Below are positions 38,086-53,394 of a DNA stretch of 64,000 nucleotides, piece by piece; within the stretch, counting starts at the first letter, position 1, and every line of letters begins with the position of its first letter. This DNA is from Macrostomum lignano (lineage: Eukaryota). A program made the position numbers and the translations under genes. The DNA lies in contig NIVC01001445.1 in assembly GCA_002269645.1 (NCBI GenBank), positions 62,001 to 126,000 of the forward strand. The letters run 5' to 3'. The notes beneath the pieces are model-generated. The model ran no database searches, was not told the origin of the DNA, and saw only the letters and a program-made list of their open reading frames with translations.

Positions 38086-40558
38086 CGTGACTGATGTGGC
38101 CGGCAGAGCAGGGCTGCTTCCTGGCCATGAGGCAGATGGCCGTGATGAGAATGGCGCAGATGACTCCGGTGGCCACCACAATGCAGATGATGATCAGCTT
38201 GTTGGTCTCCATGTCCGCTGACCACGCGTCCTTCAGCAGGCTGGTCGGTGGCCGGTCGTCGATGCGGATCTTCAGGGCGGCCTCGGCCGAGCGCTGCGGA
38301 CTGCCCGAGTCCGTGGCGGTGATGGTCAGCCTGGTGACGCCCATGTCGCTGCGGCTCATCGGCTTCTTTACGTACAGCTTGCCGGAGTCCGGGTCGATGC
38401 TGAACCGCTCGTACAGGTTGCCCTGCTTGAGGCTGAACGTCAGTTTGCTGTTCGCGCCAGCGTCCGCGTCCGTGGCTCGAATCTCGGCCACCTGAAAGTC
38501 CGGCGGCTCCTGGTAGGATAGCCGGACCTCGGAGTCGCCGGCGGGCGTGGGGAACTGGAACACCGGGTCGCAGTCGTTCACGTCGGCCACGACAACGCTG
38601 ACGGTGGCCGTGGCGGTGTTCCTGTCGGTGGCGCCCTGGTCGAAGGCGATCACGCGGAACTGGTAGGAGGCGCGGAACTCGCGGTCGATGGGGTGCAGCG
38701 TGTATATCGAGGGCCCCTCGCTGGGCAGCTGGAACGGCACGCCAACCTCTGCCGGGTGCAGCGCGAAGCGGACCAGCCCGTTGCTGCCAGCGTCCGCGTC
38801 CGTGGCGTTCAAATCGCCGACGTGCTGGCCGGTGCTGTCGGTCTCGGTGACGCGGAACTGGTACAGCTGCCGGTCGAACAAGGGCGGATTGTCGTTGATG
38901 TCGATGAGGGGAATCGACACGGTGGCGGTGGCCACGTGCGGCCCGTCGCTGGCGGTGACGGAGAACTCGAAGCCGGCCGGGTTCCGCTCGCGGTCGAGCG
39001 TCTCGCGAGCTCGGATGAGTCCGTTGGCGTCGATCTCGAAGGGGTTGGCGCTGGTCTCGGAGGACTTCCACACAATCTGGTAGGTCAGCCGCGCGTTCTC
39101 GCCGACGTCCCGGTCGATGGCGGTGACGTTGAGCACCTGGTCGCCGGGCGAGTTGCCCTCGGCGAACTCCTTCCTGAAGTAGCCGCCTCCGCTGACAAAC
39201 ACTGGCGGGCTGTCGTTCTCGTCGAGCACCTGGACAGTGACGGGCAGCGAGTTGGTCAGCGGCGGCAGGCCGCGGTCCGTGCAGGACACCGTGGGGTTCT
39301 GCACCGCGAACTCCTCGCGGTCCAGGCCGACCTTTGTGGCCATTCGGTAGAACACGCGGCTCTGCACCTTGTTGAGCTTCGTCAGGGTGAAGTACTGCTC
39401 CCGGTCCATGATGGAGCAGTCGAACTCCCCAGCCTGCCCAGCATCCTTGTCCGAAACCATCAAAGTGACAACTGTGGCGTTGACTTTGTTCTCCATCACG
39501 GTGACTGCCTTGTCCCAGTACAGCTCGATCTCCGGCTTCTGGTCGTTGACGTCGATGACGTTGATGATGACGCTGGCCCGGTCCTCTTTGGGGTCGGAGC
39601 CGGCGTCCCTGGCAACCACGCTGAACTCGTACTGCTTGTCGGTCTCATAGTCCAGCTTGCTGGAGTCCCTCACGAAGATGCTGCCGCTGTACAGGCCGAT
39701 GTCGAACGCGGATCTGATGGTCTTCGGGGTCTCGGTGGCGAACCGGTAAGACACGTTGCCGTTCAGCCCGATGTCCTTGTCGGTGGCGAGCACCGTCAGC
39801 ACCGTCCAGCCGTTGCTGGCGTCCTCGCGAACGCTGCCCGCGTAGGCGTTCTGCTGGAACACCGGACTCTCATCGTTGACGTCAAGCACCGTCACGGTCA
39901 GCGGCACGGAGGTCTGGCGACCGCCGCCGTCCTCAGCGGTCAGCGTGAAGTTGTAAAACGCCGTGATCTCGCGGTCCAACTCCTGCTGGACGACCAGCTT
40001 GGGCACCAACGCGCCCGTGATCGGATCGGTGGCCACCTCGAGCCGGAAGCTGGGAGAGTCGGGCCGCATCCGGTAGGCGGTGACCGAGTTCCGGCCCAGG
40101 TCGGGGTCGGTGGCCGTCGGGCTGATGCTGCGCGCTGTGTTGGGCCGAACGTTCTCCGGGAAGGAGACGTCCAGCCGAGAGATGCCCCACTGCGGGCTGT
40201 GGTCGTTCCTGTCCGCAATGCCGATGCGCACCAGGATGAACCTGCCGCCGTCGTACATGACGGTGAACTCGCGGACGCAGCTGCCGTTGATTGGCGCCGG
40301 CTTCAAGTTGCACAGCTCAGCTGCGTCCAGGTCCCGGTCGATCGGCGCCTTCACGGTGACGACTCCGGTGTCCTGGTTCACCGCGAAGTAGTCGTCCTTG
40401 ACGAAGTAGCTGCCGCCGGCTGGCTGCGCGTTCAGGGTGCCGACCGGGGTGTCCACCGCGGTTTTCTCCTCGACGTTGAGGGTGACCGTCCGAGTCTGGG
40501 CGAGCGCCCCGGCGGCCAGCAGCAGCTGCAGCAGGAGGAGGCGCAGCAGCGGCGGCAT
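38086..40558 (-). CDS. Protocadherin (7 extracellular cadherin repeats, delta-1-like count), exon 1: signal peptide, EC1-EC7 and TM in a single exon
   Basis: Signal peptide MPPLLRLLLLQLLLAAGALA. Seven repeats carry PE/E, DxD, LDRE and DxNDxxPxF calcium motifs; EC1 has the Cys pair typical of protocadherins. TM LIIICIVVATGVICAILITAICLM; donor CAC G|gtgagc (phase 1). Confidence 0.95.
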
Positions 40559-41503
40559 GGTCAGTTTCTAAGAATGAGCTGGGATTCGCCTCTCGCCGTC
40601 ACTTTGCGAGCTTCCTGGTTTAAACAGGCGAGCGAAGAGGCTGGAAAGCGAAGAGACACAAAGGCTGCAGGACTGGAGGCTGAACGCTGCAGAGTTTATG
40701 CTGGCCAGCCCTCCCTCTCTGTCTCTCTCACAGGCCCTCTGCCTGGCCCACGGACCAATGAGGCTGCGGGGACCCCCGGAGTCCGCCAATGCGCGGCCTT
40801 CCTCCCGCTTTCAGTGGCAGGACGGTGTCGGTCTGGAAGGGACCTGAAAATTGAGGCGGTGGGGAGGCGATAGACAATCGAGACTCCGGTATGGGATTTC
40901 AATCCTGCAATTCAAGGCCGGGTGTGTTGGGGAGTTTCTGCGGATTTTCACTTCCTGTCTCACGGGAAGAGACAGGTGTATCGCTATGGAGAAGCTCTGG
41001 CAAGGGAAACTCATCTGACCCTCATCTGACCCCGCCTTACAGCTGCTGACCCCCCTTGCCCTCTCACTTTCTATTGCGACGGATTTCTGCTTTTCTAGGA
41101 AAACCCGGGGCCACAGGGACTCGCCAGCAGAACCTTCAATTACTCTAAAAAACATTTTTACGGGCCCACGCTCCCGCCGTCCGTGACCGAAATTCAAACT
41201 GGACCGACTTTCCCACGCCGCCGTTTAAAAAAATCTCAAACAAAAAATTCGAATTTTGAAATCGGTATGAAAATGACAGAGCCCCCAGTTTTTTTCCAAT
41301 CGAATGCAGAGATGGACCGGTTGAGTGCCGAGGCAGCCCGACTGACAGCTGTCTGTCAGTGCGCCTTGCGGATTCTCCCAGCAGCTCCGTGTTTTCCCCA
41401 TCACTCCACTGCTGCCGAATCCCCTGCAAATAGTGGATTCCCATTTTCTCCGAAAAAAAGTTTTTTTACAAACCTATCAGCGCGCTAAACTGATAGAGGC
41501 AGC

Positions 41504-41543
41504 CACTGCAGCCACTGCAGCCACTGCAGCCACTGCAGCCACT
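41504..41543. repeat. 9-bp tandem repeat (GCAGCCACT)4
   Basis: Direct reading. Confidence 0.85.
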
Positions 41544-41645
41544 TTGACTGCCTGCCGTCACGGCGGCGAAATCGACCCGCTGAGTGAGAGACGGCTGCCT
41601 CTCTCTGGGAGAGCCGTGGTCTGGCCTCTTCTGATAAGTTAATTT

Positions 41646-42404
<759 letters not shown>

Positions 42405-42410
42405 TGGAAT

Positions 42411-42545
42411 ATCATAAATATTGCAAGCTAAATTTAATTAAAAGAGCACGTGACTACTCGGGAATTTCACACAATAACAAGAAGCATTAGCCGCGCCAAT
42501 TCTCTCCTAAAAGCCGTTAGAAACATTAAATTGAAGTTCAAGAGC
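42411..42545 (+). repeat. Dispersed ~130-bp element, copy 1, immediately 3' of a (GATA)n array
   Basis: Aligns by eye with 62235-62353: 59 of the first 72 nt identical, then a ~20-nt indel and a second matching block. Confidence 0.8.
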
Positions 42546-42557
42546 TGGGCGAGCGGT

Positions 42558-43184
<627 letters not shown>

Positions 43185-43875
43185 TTCCCAGGTCAGAGGT
43201 CACCGGTGCTGTGACTTTCCATCACCTTATTTATCCTTGGCAGTGACAGACATTCACTTCCAGCGATCCTCCCTCCCTCTAAGGACAGCCCCCAGCCTCG
43301 CTGAGCTCCGCATCGCAATTGCCTCACTACCGTACCCACTGCAAGTTTATTTTCCCAATATTCTGCGACCCTCTCTAGCGAGTGGGATCAGAGAGTTGCT
43401 CTGCAGAGGGGGTGCGGACCTCCCAGTCACTACCGGAAACTCCCCAAGCCGTAGCCAATTGCGGGTCCACAGCAGGCACCCGAAGCAGCAGAAGCAGGTA
43501 AAGGTGAAGACTTTTGCTCCTAGTCTTGCTTCCAAATCATTTCAAGCAGTGAGGGGTGGCTGGCGCAGGTAGCACCCAGCCTGTGATCCCTGTTTATTGT
43601 CGCTAAGCTTGTCAGTTTGTGCCAATTAGTCAGCCAGATTGCAGGGGGCGCTGCGGCATTCAGACTCGACAATTCTTTAAGAATTTAACCCTGGGACTTG
43701 AAAACTTATCAATCTGATCTCAGAAAAGTACTTTTTGCAACTTGTTTTTTGTCTGTTTCAACTTGTTTGTTTCAATGTGAGCTTGTGGATGCCCACAGAT
43801 TATTATTATCATTATTACTGATATTTCACCTTTCACTTATTTGTATTCTAGACCGCGTTAATATACTCTTTAAAA

Positions 43876-44284
43876 GCACCAGGGGCGCCAGCACCAGGGG
43901 CGCCAGCACCAGGGGCGCCAGCACCAGGGGCGCCAGCACCAGGGCGGCAGCACCAGGGGCGCCAGCACCAGGGGCGCCAGCACCAGGGGCGCCAGCACCA
44001 GGGGCGCCAGCACCAGGGGCGCCAGCACCAGGGGCGCCAGCACCAGGGGCGCCAGCACCAGGGGCGCCAGCACCAGGGGCGCCAGCACCAGGGGCGCCAG
44101 CACCAGGGGCGCCAGCACCAGGGGCGCCAGCACCAGGGGCGCCAGCACCAGGGGCGCCAGCACCAGGGGCGCCAGCACCAGGGGCGCCAGCACCAGGGGC
44201 GCCAGCACCAGGGGCGCCAGCACCAGGGGCGCCAGCACCAGGGGCGCCAGCACCAGGGGCGCCAGCACCAGGGGCGCCAGCACC
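43876..44284. repeat. 15-bp GC-rich minisatellite (GCACCAGGGGCGCCA), ~27 near-identical units
   Basis: Direct reading; explains the (PGAPA)n ORF. Confidence 0.98.
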
Positions 44285-44868
44285 TTGCCCCCTGGCTGCA
44301 CCCCTGCTTGGTATCTCGAAATTATGTCTGTCGGCAGCCCTTGGCTATTAAAAAAGTCATACCAGGTCAGCCTGGGAGGCCCCTCCCAGCACCAAAGCCA
44401 CTTAACCCAGCAAAGATTTCTTGCTCTACGAACTAAAAGATAAAGGGGCAGAGGAAAAAAGGGAAGACAGGTAAAGCCGGCACCCACCTCCGGCTTAAAT
44501 GGGATATTTTAAGTAGAGGATCATCAAATGGAGAGGCCATGTCTGCTCTGCTCCCCTCCGCGGCCACCAGCAAGTGGAAGTCGCCCTCAAAACAAGGCGG
44601 CCATCCCGGATCTCCCAGCCTGCCTGCCACCAGCGCAGGCACTTTAGGCTATTAAACAGACAGATATGACGCATTGCTGATGAAGGGGACCAAGGAAGCT
44701 GCACTGCCGAAGTATTTCGAAACCAAAACAATCGGTGCACAGGCAAAGGCAGAAAGAGGGATTCTTGATTCCATCGTTTGATTAAATAAAACTGCACTGA
44801 AAGTTCGAACTCGAATCAGGTGCATGTGATCGAATGAGCAAATGAGTGCAAGAAGATTGAGTTCATGG

Positions 44869-45200
44869 GTGACAGGGTGACGGGGTGACAGGGTGACGGA
44901 GTGACGGAGTGCCAGGTGAAGGAGTGACGGAGTGACAGAGTTGCAGGGTGACATGATGACAGAGTGACGGAGTGACAGGGTGACAGAGTGACAGGGTGGC
45001 AGGTGTGACAGAGTGACGGAGTGACGGAGTGACAGAGTCGCAGGGTGACATGATGACAGGGTGACTGGGTGACAGGTTGACAGAGTGACAGGGTGACAGG
45101 GTGACAGTGTGATTGGGTGACAGGGTGACAGGGTGACAGGGTGACAGGGTGACAGGGTGACAGGGTGACAAGGTGACAGGGTGACAGGGTGACGGAGTCA
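44869..45200. repeat. 9-bp tandem repeat (GGGTGACAG/GAGTGACGG)
   Basis: Direct reading. Confidence 0.92.
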
Positions 45201-45716
45201 CAGATTGACGTAGTGATATAGTAAAGCGGGAAGAAATTAACCCCTGACAAAATGACACACTCACAAACGGGACCCCTGACGCAACACAATGACCGAGTAA
45301 CCGAGTGCTTGTATTGAAAACGTGGCGCTATCGATGCAGTTCAAGGAGAAACTGGCCAAGAGACTTCATAAACCGGCAGTATGAGTCACTGCGGTACAAT
45401 TGGAAAATGAGGAATATTAACAGAGCTCTGCATGCGTCAGGGACTCTGAGCGAATGGTCGGCGTAAAACAGTGATGAAACTGCTGTTTTCATTCAGTCTA
45501 TCGCAAAAAAGCAAACAGCCACGGATGCAGTGAAACAGAATGCTGCTTTTCAGCAAAACAAAATCGCGACGTAAAAAAAGTGTAAACCATACTGATAAAG
45601 GAGGCCTGCGCCTTTTTAAGATAGCCGGATACTACAGCACCCACCAGAATGCACTGTAAACATAAGCTATGTATGGGCATGGGGCTCTAAAATCAGCTAT
45701 CTGGATTGGAAGCCAC

Positions 45717-45794
<78 letters not shown>

Positions 45795-45815
45795 CAGATA
45801 GATAGATAGATAGAC

Positions 45816-45908
<93 letters not shown>

Positions 45909-45912
45909 CTCG

Positions 45913-45964
<52 letters not shown>

Positions 45965-46033
45965 CAGATAGATAGATAGATAGATAGACATATAGATAGA
46001 TAGATAGATAGATAGACAGATAGACAGATAGAC

Positions 46034-46064
<31 letters not shown>

Positions 46065-46095
46065 CAGATAGATAGACAGATAGATAGACAGATAG
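45717..46095. repeat. (GATA)n with GACA variants
   Basis: Direct reading. Confidence 0.99.
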
Positions 46096-47168
46096 CACCC
46101 CAGATGCGGTGTTCATCGGCTCTCCGTGGCTGCTGGGCTGGTGGAGGTGGGTGCCGCTGGCCCTTCAAGCCGCCAGCCAAACCCGTGGGGATATTAATGC
46201 TCCCCAGGATGGTCCAAGTTGCAGTTAGTTTAAAAAGTTCCGGCATGGAATTTCTAAACTGTTTATTCTATCGTGTTTCTCTGAAGAGGAAGACAAAGAA
46301 GGAGGCGAGGCGCGGGGCAGACAAAGAGTCGGTCTGAAGCAATCCCCGGGAAATGCGGGAGCAGGCGGAAGACTTGGCGGAAGATTTTGTCAAAGCCGGT
46401 CTTGAAGAAATTCCACAGTTGGCCCCTCCTTCGCCCGACTGATCCCGGGAGATCCCGAAGGATTTTCTTCGAAACGAGAGGATTTTTTAGTGGAAGAAAA
46501 TGACAAAAAGGCGAAATTTTGTCCAGTTCGATTTTCGCTAGTCGGGTCACGCTGGTGCTGTCCTGTCAGAGGCTCACCTTTTCGAACTTTGCCCAGCTTG
46601 TCTTCTGTAGAATTTTCTGGCAGCGAAATGCTCAAGCAATGCTCAAGAAATGCTCAAGCAATGCTGCGAGTGCGTTTCGAATGCTGGGGCAGAGCTGAAC
46701 AGCTGAGCGAATGGCACAAAATAATTCTACACTGCTGCTGCCCCGACAGACACTTGCTTGTTACAGCAGGTAGTTATACAGGAAAGTGCCATTGGGGTGG
46801 CGCTGAGAGGGGCTTCAAGGTGTGTTTGAGGCCAGTCCCCGTTCTCAACTCGCTGTGTGTCTCTGAGTCTCCTCAGCCCCAGTGTGTCTATTCTCAGTGC
46901 TCATGCTATTATGTTTGCCATTGTCTCTGCTGTGTGAGGCCTCTGGGTGATGTTAAAATACTGGCAGGGTTTCTGATTGAGATGCAGGTGCCCTGCCGCC
47001 CACCGCCCCCCCCCCCAACTTGCTGGCATCTGAGTCTCCAAACTCCATTCTTGCGTATCACTCTCGCTCAAAACTTTCATTTCGGAGTTTTGAGAGACAC
47101 TTGTACATCATTGCACTGCTTTTGCGACACCGGCTTGCTTTCACTGCACTCTGAAAGTCTTGTGCACT

Positions 47169-47566
47169 TTGGATAGATTAGCAATCCATTCTGTATTAAT
47201 AGCATCACTGATTGGATAGATTAGCAATCCATTCTGTATTAATAGCATCACTGATTGGATAGATTAGCAATCCATTCTGTATTAATAGCATCACTGATTG
47301 AATAGATTAGCAATCCATTCTGTATTAATAACATCACTGATTGGATAGATTAGCAATCCATTCTGTATTAATAACATCACTGATTGGATAGATTAGCAAT
47401 CCATTCTGTATTAATAACATCACTGATTGGATAGATTAGCAATCCATTCTGTATTAATAACATCACTAATTGGATAGATTAGCAATCCATTCTGTATTAA
47501 TAACATCACTAATTGGATAGATTAGCAATCCATTCTGTATTAATAACATCACTGATTGGATAGATT
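47169..47566. repeat. 43-bp minisatellite (TTGGATAGATTAGCAATCCATTCTGTATTAATAGCATCACTGA), ~9 units
   Basis: Period 43 (G at 47171, 47214 and onward). Confidence 0.97.
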
Positions 47567-48079
47567 TGCCACCCATTCAACCCACCCATCAATATTTTGA
47601 TCATTGAAACCGTGCTATCGCGCACAGTTCACACCTGTCAGAGTTGATCACTATCATTTCACCTTCATCGATCCCGGAAGCAGCTCAAAATCGCAGCTAT
47701 GATATGACGGTAATAAAATCGAACCCGGCACCTGTTGACAAGCGGCTACACGTTTTGACTTCCTTTGACTTCTCGTGACTCAAGGGGAGCTCGCTATTCG
47801 AAAACAATCGTGAGGAATTTCCTGAGTCTCAACTGCTCTCTGGGATTGTGAACTGAGGTAAGAGCTGGCGTATTTTGCTCTTTTCATTTGCGATCGTTTT
47901 GTGAAGCAGTAAGTTGCATTTGTGTACATAAAATTGATATTAAATTTATTATCCCTTCATAAAGCATAGCTAGTAATCAACAAAGACTTTACTTGTTACC
48001 ACTGGCAACGTACACCCTAGTCTTTGTTTTAGAATTCAACTATGCTTGTTCTTCTGCCAAGGAGAACGAAGACGTTTTA

Positions 48080-48440
48080 ACCATAGACAACAAAGTCCCG
48101 TGAATCGGCCATAGACAACAAAGTCCCGTGAATCGGCCATAGACAACAAAGTCCCGTAAATCGGCCATAGACAACAAAGACCCGTGAATCGGCCATAGAC
48201 AACAAAGTCCCGTGAATCGGCCATAGACAACAAAGTCCCGTGAATCGGCCATAGACAACAAAGACCCGTGAATCGGCCATAGACAACAAAGTCCCGTGAA
48301 TCGGCCATAGACAACAAAGACCCGTGAATCGGCCATAGACAACAAAGTCCCGTGTATTGGCCATAGACGGTTGTGAAATTTCGCGTTTGTGAAAGCAACC
48401 CCGTGTATTGGCCATAGACAACAAATGCCTGTGTTTTGAC
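48080..48440. repeat. 28-bp minisatellite (ATAGACAACAAAGTCCCGTGAATCGGCC)
   Basis: Direct reading. Confidence 0.95.
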
Positions 48441-49359
48441 TATAGACAACAAAGACTCGTGTAGAGGCAAAAGACAAAAAAGACCCCTGTTTTTGCCATA
48501 GACAAAAGAACTCTTAGATCGTGGGCAAAGAAAGCAGTCCCATAGGGCTTCTGCCTATCACAAGTGAGCTTGAAATCCTTCTCAGAGAAACGTGAAATCC
48601 AGAATGGTGTGAGCAACCTTATACAACCAACAGCATTAAACTAACCTAATTGAATTCCTTGTAAAAAGATACTGGCTCTGCAAAGAAGTTTTTTATCTGA
48701 CATTAAACTCGAATTTATGCCTGAGAAAATGCAGCAACCGAGAACGAGCCGTCGATTTGCTGTGAATCTGAAGAATTATTCGCTTACAGTACGACAGCAG
48801 CCCCCACGCTTTAGTTGCCATGCGCAAACGCCTAGACTTTGACACACCAAGACAGATTGTATAAAATATTAAGCACTGCTAAGAGACAGAAATGAAATAC
48901 CATTTTCATTTATTAACTCGAATAGGTTGAAGTTTCCAGCGCAGCAGTCACAGAATGAGTTCTAGCAGAGAGAAAGCTGAGAGAAGCACAAAAACAAGAG
49001 TTTTAACGCGCAGATACAAACAATTGGGGTGGGGTGGCTGCCGCAGGCTCTGTTACAGAAAAAGCTTGAAAAACTGTGTAATACTCTCGGATGAAAGGTT
49101 CTCCTAGCTTTGCCGAGGGGCCTTCAATGCATGAATTGTCGGCTATGAAATTGGAAGCAATTTTCAGACAACGCAAGCAAGTGGAGCAAAGATTTTGCAG
49201 CTGAGAGGGCCTGAAAGTGGGCCAAATGCCGACCGAGACCAAACATCGCGTAACATGCCGGCCTCTTGTTTCATTTTCTGAAAAAACAAACTTTCTAATC
49301 GGCCGTTTTGTCTGTCGCGGCTCAGTGGCTTGGCGCTCTGTAGCTTGTGATGCCCATTT

Positions 49360-50168
49360 AGCATCCAGTGTGGCGCTCATTAAGCATCAATTGTGGCGCC
49401 CAATAAACACAAGGTGTGATGCTCATTAAGCATCAATTGTGGCGCCCAATAAACACAAGGTGTGATGCTCATTAAGCATCAATTGTGGCGCCCAATAAAC
49501 ACAAGGTGTGGCGCTCATTAAGCATCAATTGTGGCGCCCAATAAAACATCAATTGTAGCGTCTTATAATCACAAAGTCTGGCGCCCATTGAACATCCAGT
49601 TTGGCGCTCATTAAACATAAATTGTGGCGCTCATTAACCATCAATTGTGGCGCCCAATAAATATCCAGTGTGGCGCTCATTAAACATCCAGTGTGGCGCC
49701 ATTAAACACCCATTGTGGCGCTCATTAAACATTCAGTGTGGCGCCATTAGAAATCAATTGTGGCGCTCATTAAACACCCAGTGTCGCGCCCGTTAAACAT
49801 CCAGTGTGGCGCTCATTAAACATCCAGTGTGGCGCTCATTAAACATCCAGTGTGGCGCTCATTAAACATCCAGTGTGGCGCTCATTAAACATTCAGTGTG
49901 GCGCTCATTAAACATCCAGTGTGGCGCTCATTAAACATTCAGTGTGGCGCTCATTAAACATCCAGTGTGGCGCTCATCAAACATCCAGTATGGCGCTCAT
50001 TAAACATCCAGTGTGGCGCTCAGTAAACATCCAGTGTGGCGCTCATTAAACATCCAGTGTGGCGCTCATTAAACATTCAGTGTGGCGCTCATTAAACATC
50101 AATTGTGAAGCCCATTAAACATCAATTGTGGCGCCTAATAAACATCCAGTGTGGCGCTCATTAAACAT
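49360..50168. repeat. ~23-bp minisatellite (CATCCAGTGTGGCGCTCATTAAA)
   Basis: Direct reading. Confidence 0.95.
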
Positions 50169-50737
50169 TAAGCTACCCTTCACAAACTTCCAAACTTACT
50201 TTTATATAGCATTTGTTCAGCATTGAAGTGAGACTTGAAGAAAAGGATTTCTCCCATCTGCAGTCAGCGGCTCACTGGTGTCTCCAGATTTCGCACTGTT
50301 GGAGACATTGGGCACGCATTTAAAGCGGAGGGACCCGACGCCGCCACATCGGTCAAGATGGCCAAATCTGTGTGACCAGCGCCATCTGTCTCAGGCTTGG
50401 CTGGGCTGCGCTTATCTATAGAGACTGAGCGCAGGGAAAATGCAAAATCAGGGTCAGGCTAGTGGGGAGAGAGATATGATAGGCAGTGGTCTGCAGACTA
50501 ACGATACTTTTTTGGAGGGGATTGTGCATCAGTAGTCTTTAGTAGATCCCCAAGTGCCGGTCTGCTGAGGCTGGAAAAGTCAGTCAGGGGGGGGGCAAAC
50601 AGATAAGCCGCCTCACTGCTATGGGGGTGCCTGGTTGCTATGTGGGAACCCTTAGCTTTGTTAGCTTTGTGCTAAACTGCACTTTTCCCCCTGTTTTCAA
50701 TATATTCTTGCCTGTCGCTTTTATCTCTCAAAAATAT

Positions 50738-50990
50738 GGGGAGAGTGGAGGGAGCTGGGGGAGAGTGGAGAGAGCTGGGGGAGAGTGGAGGGAGCTGGGG
50801 GAGAGTGGAGAGAGCTGGGGGAGAGTGGAGGGAGCTGGGGGAGAGTGGAGGGAGCTGGGGGAGAGTGGAGGGAGCTGGGGGAGAGTAGAGAGAGCTGGGG
50901 GAGAGTGGAGAGAGCTGGGGGAGAATGGAGAGAGCTGGGGGGGGGGGGGGGGGAGGGAGCTGGGGCAGAGTGGAGGGAGCTGAGAAGAGT
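50738..50990. repeat. 21-bp G-rich minisatellite (GGGAGCTGGGGGAGAGTGGAG)
   Basis: Direct reading. Confidence 0.94.
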
Positions 50991-51519
50991 AGAGGGCAGC
51001 TTGGGCAGCGCAGCGGGAGAGATACAGCGAGAGGCCATGACATTGTTTTAAAACGAAAGAATGCTATGAGGCCACAAAAACTCTTGTGTAAAGTGCAAAA
51101 CTTTGATAGATGTTGCTTCGCGTCATTTTCAAACTGGCTCAGCGATCTGCCGCAGTCTGCAGTGAGTGAGGAAGATTGGCACTGGGGATGCTGCAGAGGC
51201 TGAGCTTCATCAGTCAGATCAGAATCTCCTCTGCTGGGGTTTTTGGAGAATTTTTTCTCTCTTGGCATCATCTGGTAACGAGTTGATGATGGCTGACCGC
51301 GATAGCTTAGTTTGATGGATGACGGATTGCAGCTGCGTTGGGGTGGGGAGCAGCCAAGTATTTGTCTGGAAGTGCAAGGAGTTCGGTGTTGGCCTGCTCG
51401 GCGGCACCGCCACTGGGTAGACTTTGAAGCCTTCTGGCTTGAAGATCACGCATTTACTGACTGTTCTGGGTTACAGCTTTTAGTGCTGTAGAACTTGCAA
51501 TGTTTTCGAGTTTTAAATA

Positions 51520-51790
51520 GGTTAGTTGTTTATGGACAGTTGTTGTTGTTTGGTTGTTGTTATTGAGTTGTTGTTATTGGGTTGTTGTTATCGGGTTGTT
51601 ATTATTGGGTTACTATTGTTGGGTTGTTGTTATTAAGCTGTTGTTTTTGATTTGTTGTTACCTGTTTGTTGTTGTTTGTTCGTTGTTATTGGGTTGCAGT
51701 TGTTGGGTTGTTGTTATTGGGTTGTTGTTTGTTTGTTGTCATTGGGATGCTGCAATTAGGTTTCTGCTGTTGGCTTGTCGTCCAGTTATT
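51520..51790. repeat. GTT-rich low-complexity tract
   Basis: Direct reading. Confidence 0.8.
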
Positions 51791-52253
51791 TTGTCATTTT
51801 TTCAAATTTCGCTCATATTCTGTTTATTTTTCAGACAACTCACCCGCAGACTCAATCGTCTTTACTGACAGATGGATAAACTGATTGATTGATCGGCTGA
51901 CAACAAAAAAACGAGGCTCGACCCAGCGGGGTGCCAGGGCTCAATTAATCCAGCAGGATCGATCCCGGTCGCCAACCGTCCCGGACACCGGGAGCAGAAA
52001 ATTGCGTGTAAGAAACCAATTTCAGCCTTTCGGAGACAGCGGGCAGGGACTGCCGGGCGGACAGACAGCTAGAAAATTTAAGGAAGCAGTTTGACCCATA
52101 CGGACCGGCGGAGGTCACGCGAAAGAAGACTCGGAACTGCTTTGCCTGTCTGTCTGTCGCTCAACTGGTGGTAGCGTTGAGTTCGAGCTTGCAACTGTTG
52201 CTGTGCCAGACATGTCTCCGAGCTCAGCGGATTGCCTGTCTGTGGGCTATTGA

Positions 52254-52269
52254 GACAGACAGACAGACC

Positions 52270-52301
<32 letters not shown>

Positions 52302-53000
52302 AACAGATAGACAGACAGACTAGGACAGACACTAGGACAGACACTAGGACAGACACTAGGACAGACACTAGGACAGACACTAGGACAGACACTAGGAGAG
52401 ACACTAGGACAGACACTAGGACAGACACTAGGACAGACACTAGGACAGACACTAGGACAGACACTAGGACAGACACTAGGACAGACACTGGGACAGACAC
52501 TAGGACAGACTCTAGGACAGACTCTAGGACGGACACTAGGACAGACACTAGGACATGCAACAGGACAGGCACTAGGACAGACACAAGGATAGACACTAGG
52601 ACATACACTAGGACAGACACTAGGACAGACACTAGGACAGACACTAGGACAGACACTAGGACAGACACTAGGACAGACACTAGGACAGACACTAGGACAG
52701 ACACTAGGACAGACACTAGGACAGACACTAGGACAGACACTGGGACAGACACTAGGACAGACTCTAGGACAGACTCTAGGACGGACACTAGGACAGACAC
52801 TAGGACATGCAACAGGACAGGCACTAGGACAGACACTAGGATAGACACTAGGACAGACACTAGGACAGACACTAGGACAGACACTAGGACAGACACTAGG
52901 ACAGACACTAGGACAGACACTAGGACAGACACTAGGACAGACACTAGGACAGACACTAGGACAGACACTAGGACAGAAACTGGGACAGACACTTAGACAG
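52254..53000. repeat. (GACA)n grading into a 12-bp unit (ACTAGGACAGAC) with a 252-bp higher-order duplication
   Basis: Variant block TCTAGG..CATGCAAC at 52511/52554 recurs at 52763/52806. Confidence 0.96.
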
Positions 53001-53394
53001 ACTAAGAGAGATGGAGATGAGCAGTGATAACCCAAGCATTTGAAGTGCTGCCGCAATCAAAGAGCGCTGCTTTGCCATTTCGAAAACATTGAGCCGAAAA
53101 CGCGGCCCCACTAAAAGGAGTCTTGCGCAAAACGAACAACTTTTTCCGGTACCGCTTCAATGAATATTCAATGCTTCTGCGCACGTGGAAGAAGACAAGA
53201 CGCGACAAGCCGGTTGTAGACTGGCTTCTCTCCGCTTTTCTGCATCGAAGTCTTCTTCTAAACGCATGTAGAGAAGCAACTTAGCGAATTGTATCGAAAC
53301 TTGAATTGCTCAAAGATAGCTTGTAGCCGCGGTGGAACACAGCAGCAAAGGAATCGGCCGCTGCACCAATTTAATCGAGTTTTTTCATGCATGA

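Noticed and set aside
38082-40873. Overlapping 726-aa (+) and 329-aa (-) ORFs over the protocadherin
   Set aside because: Antisense and alternate-frame shadows of a GC3-rich coding exon, with no recognisable domains.
41555-41563. CCGTCACGG, resembling the start of the schistosome spliced leader
   Set aside because: The match stops after 9 nt, with no downstream SL sequence, donor site or Sm-binding site.
46490-47176. 228-aa Cys-rich ORF
   Set aside because: No domain pattern, regular Cys spacing, splice signals or GC3 bias like the true exons; it looks like chance open intergenic sequence.
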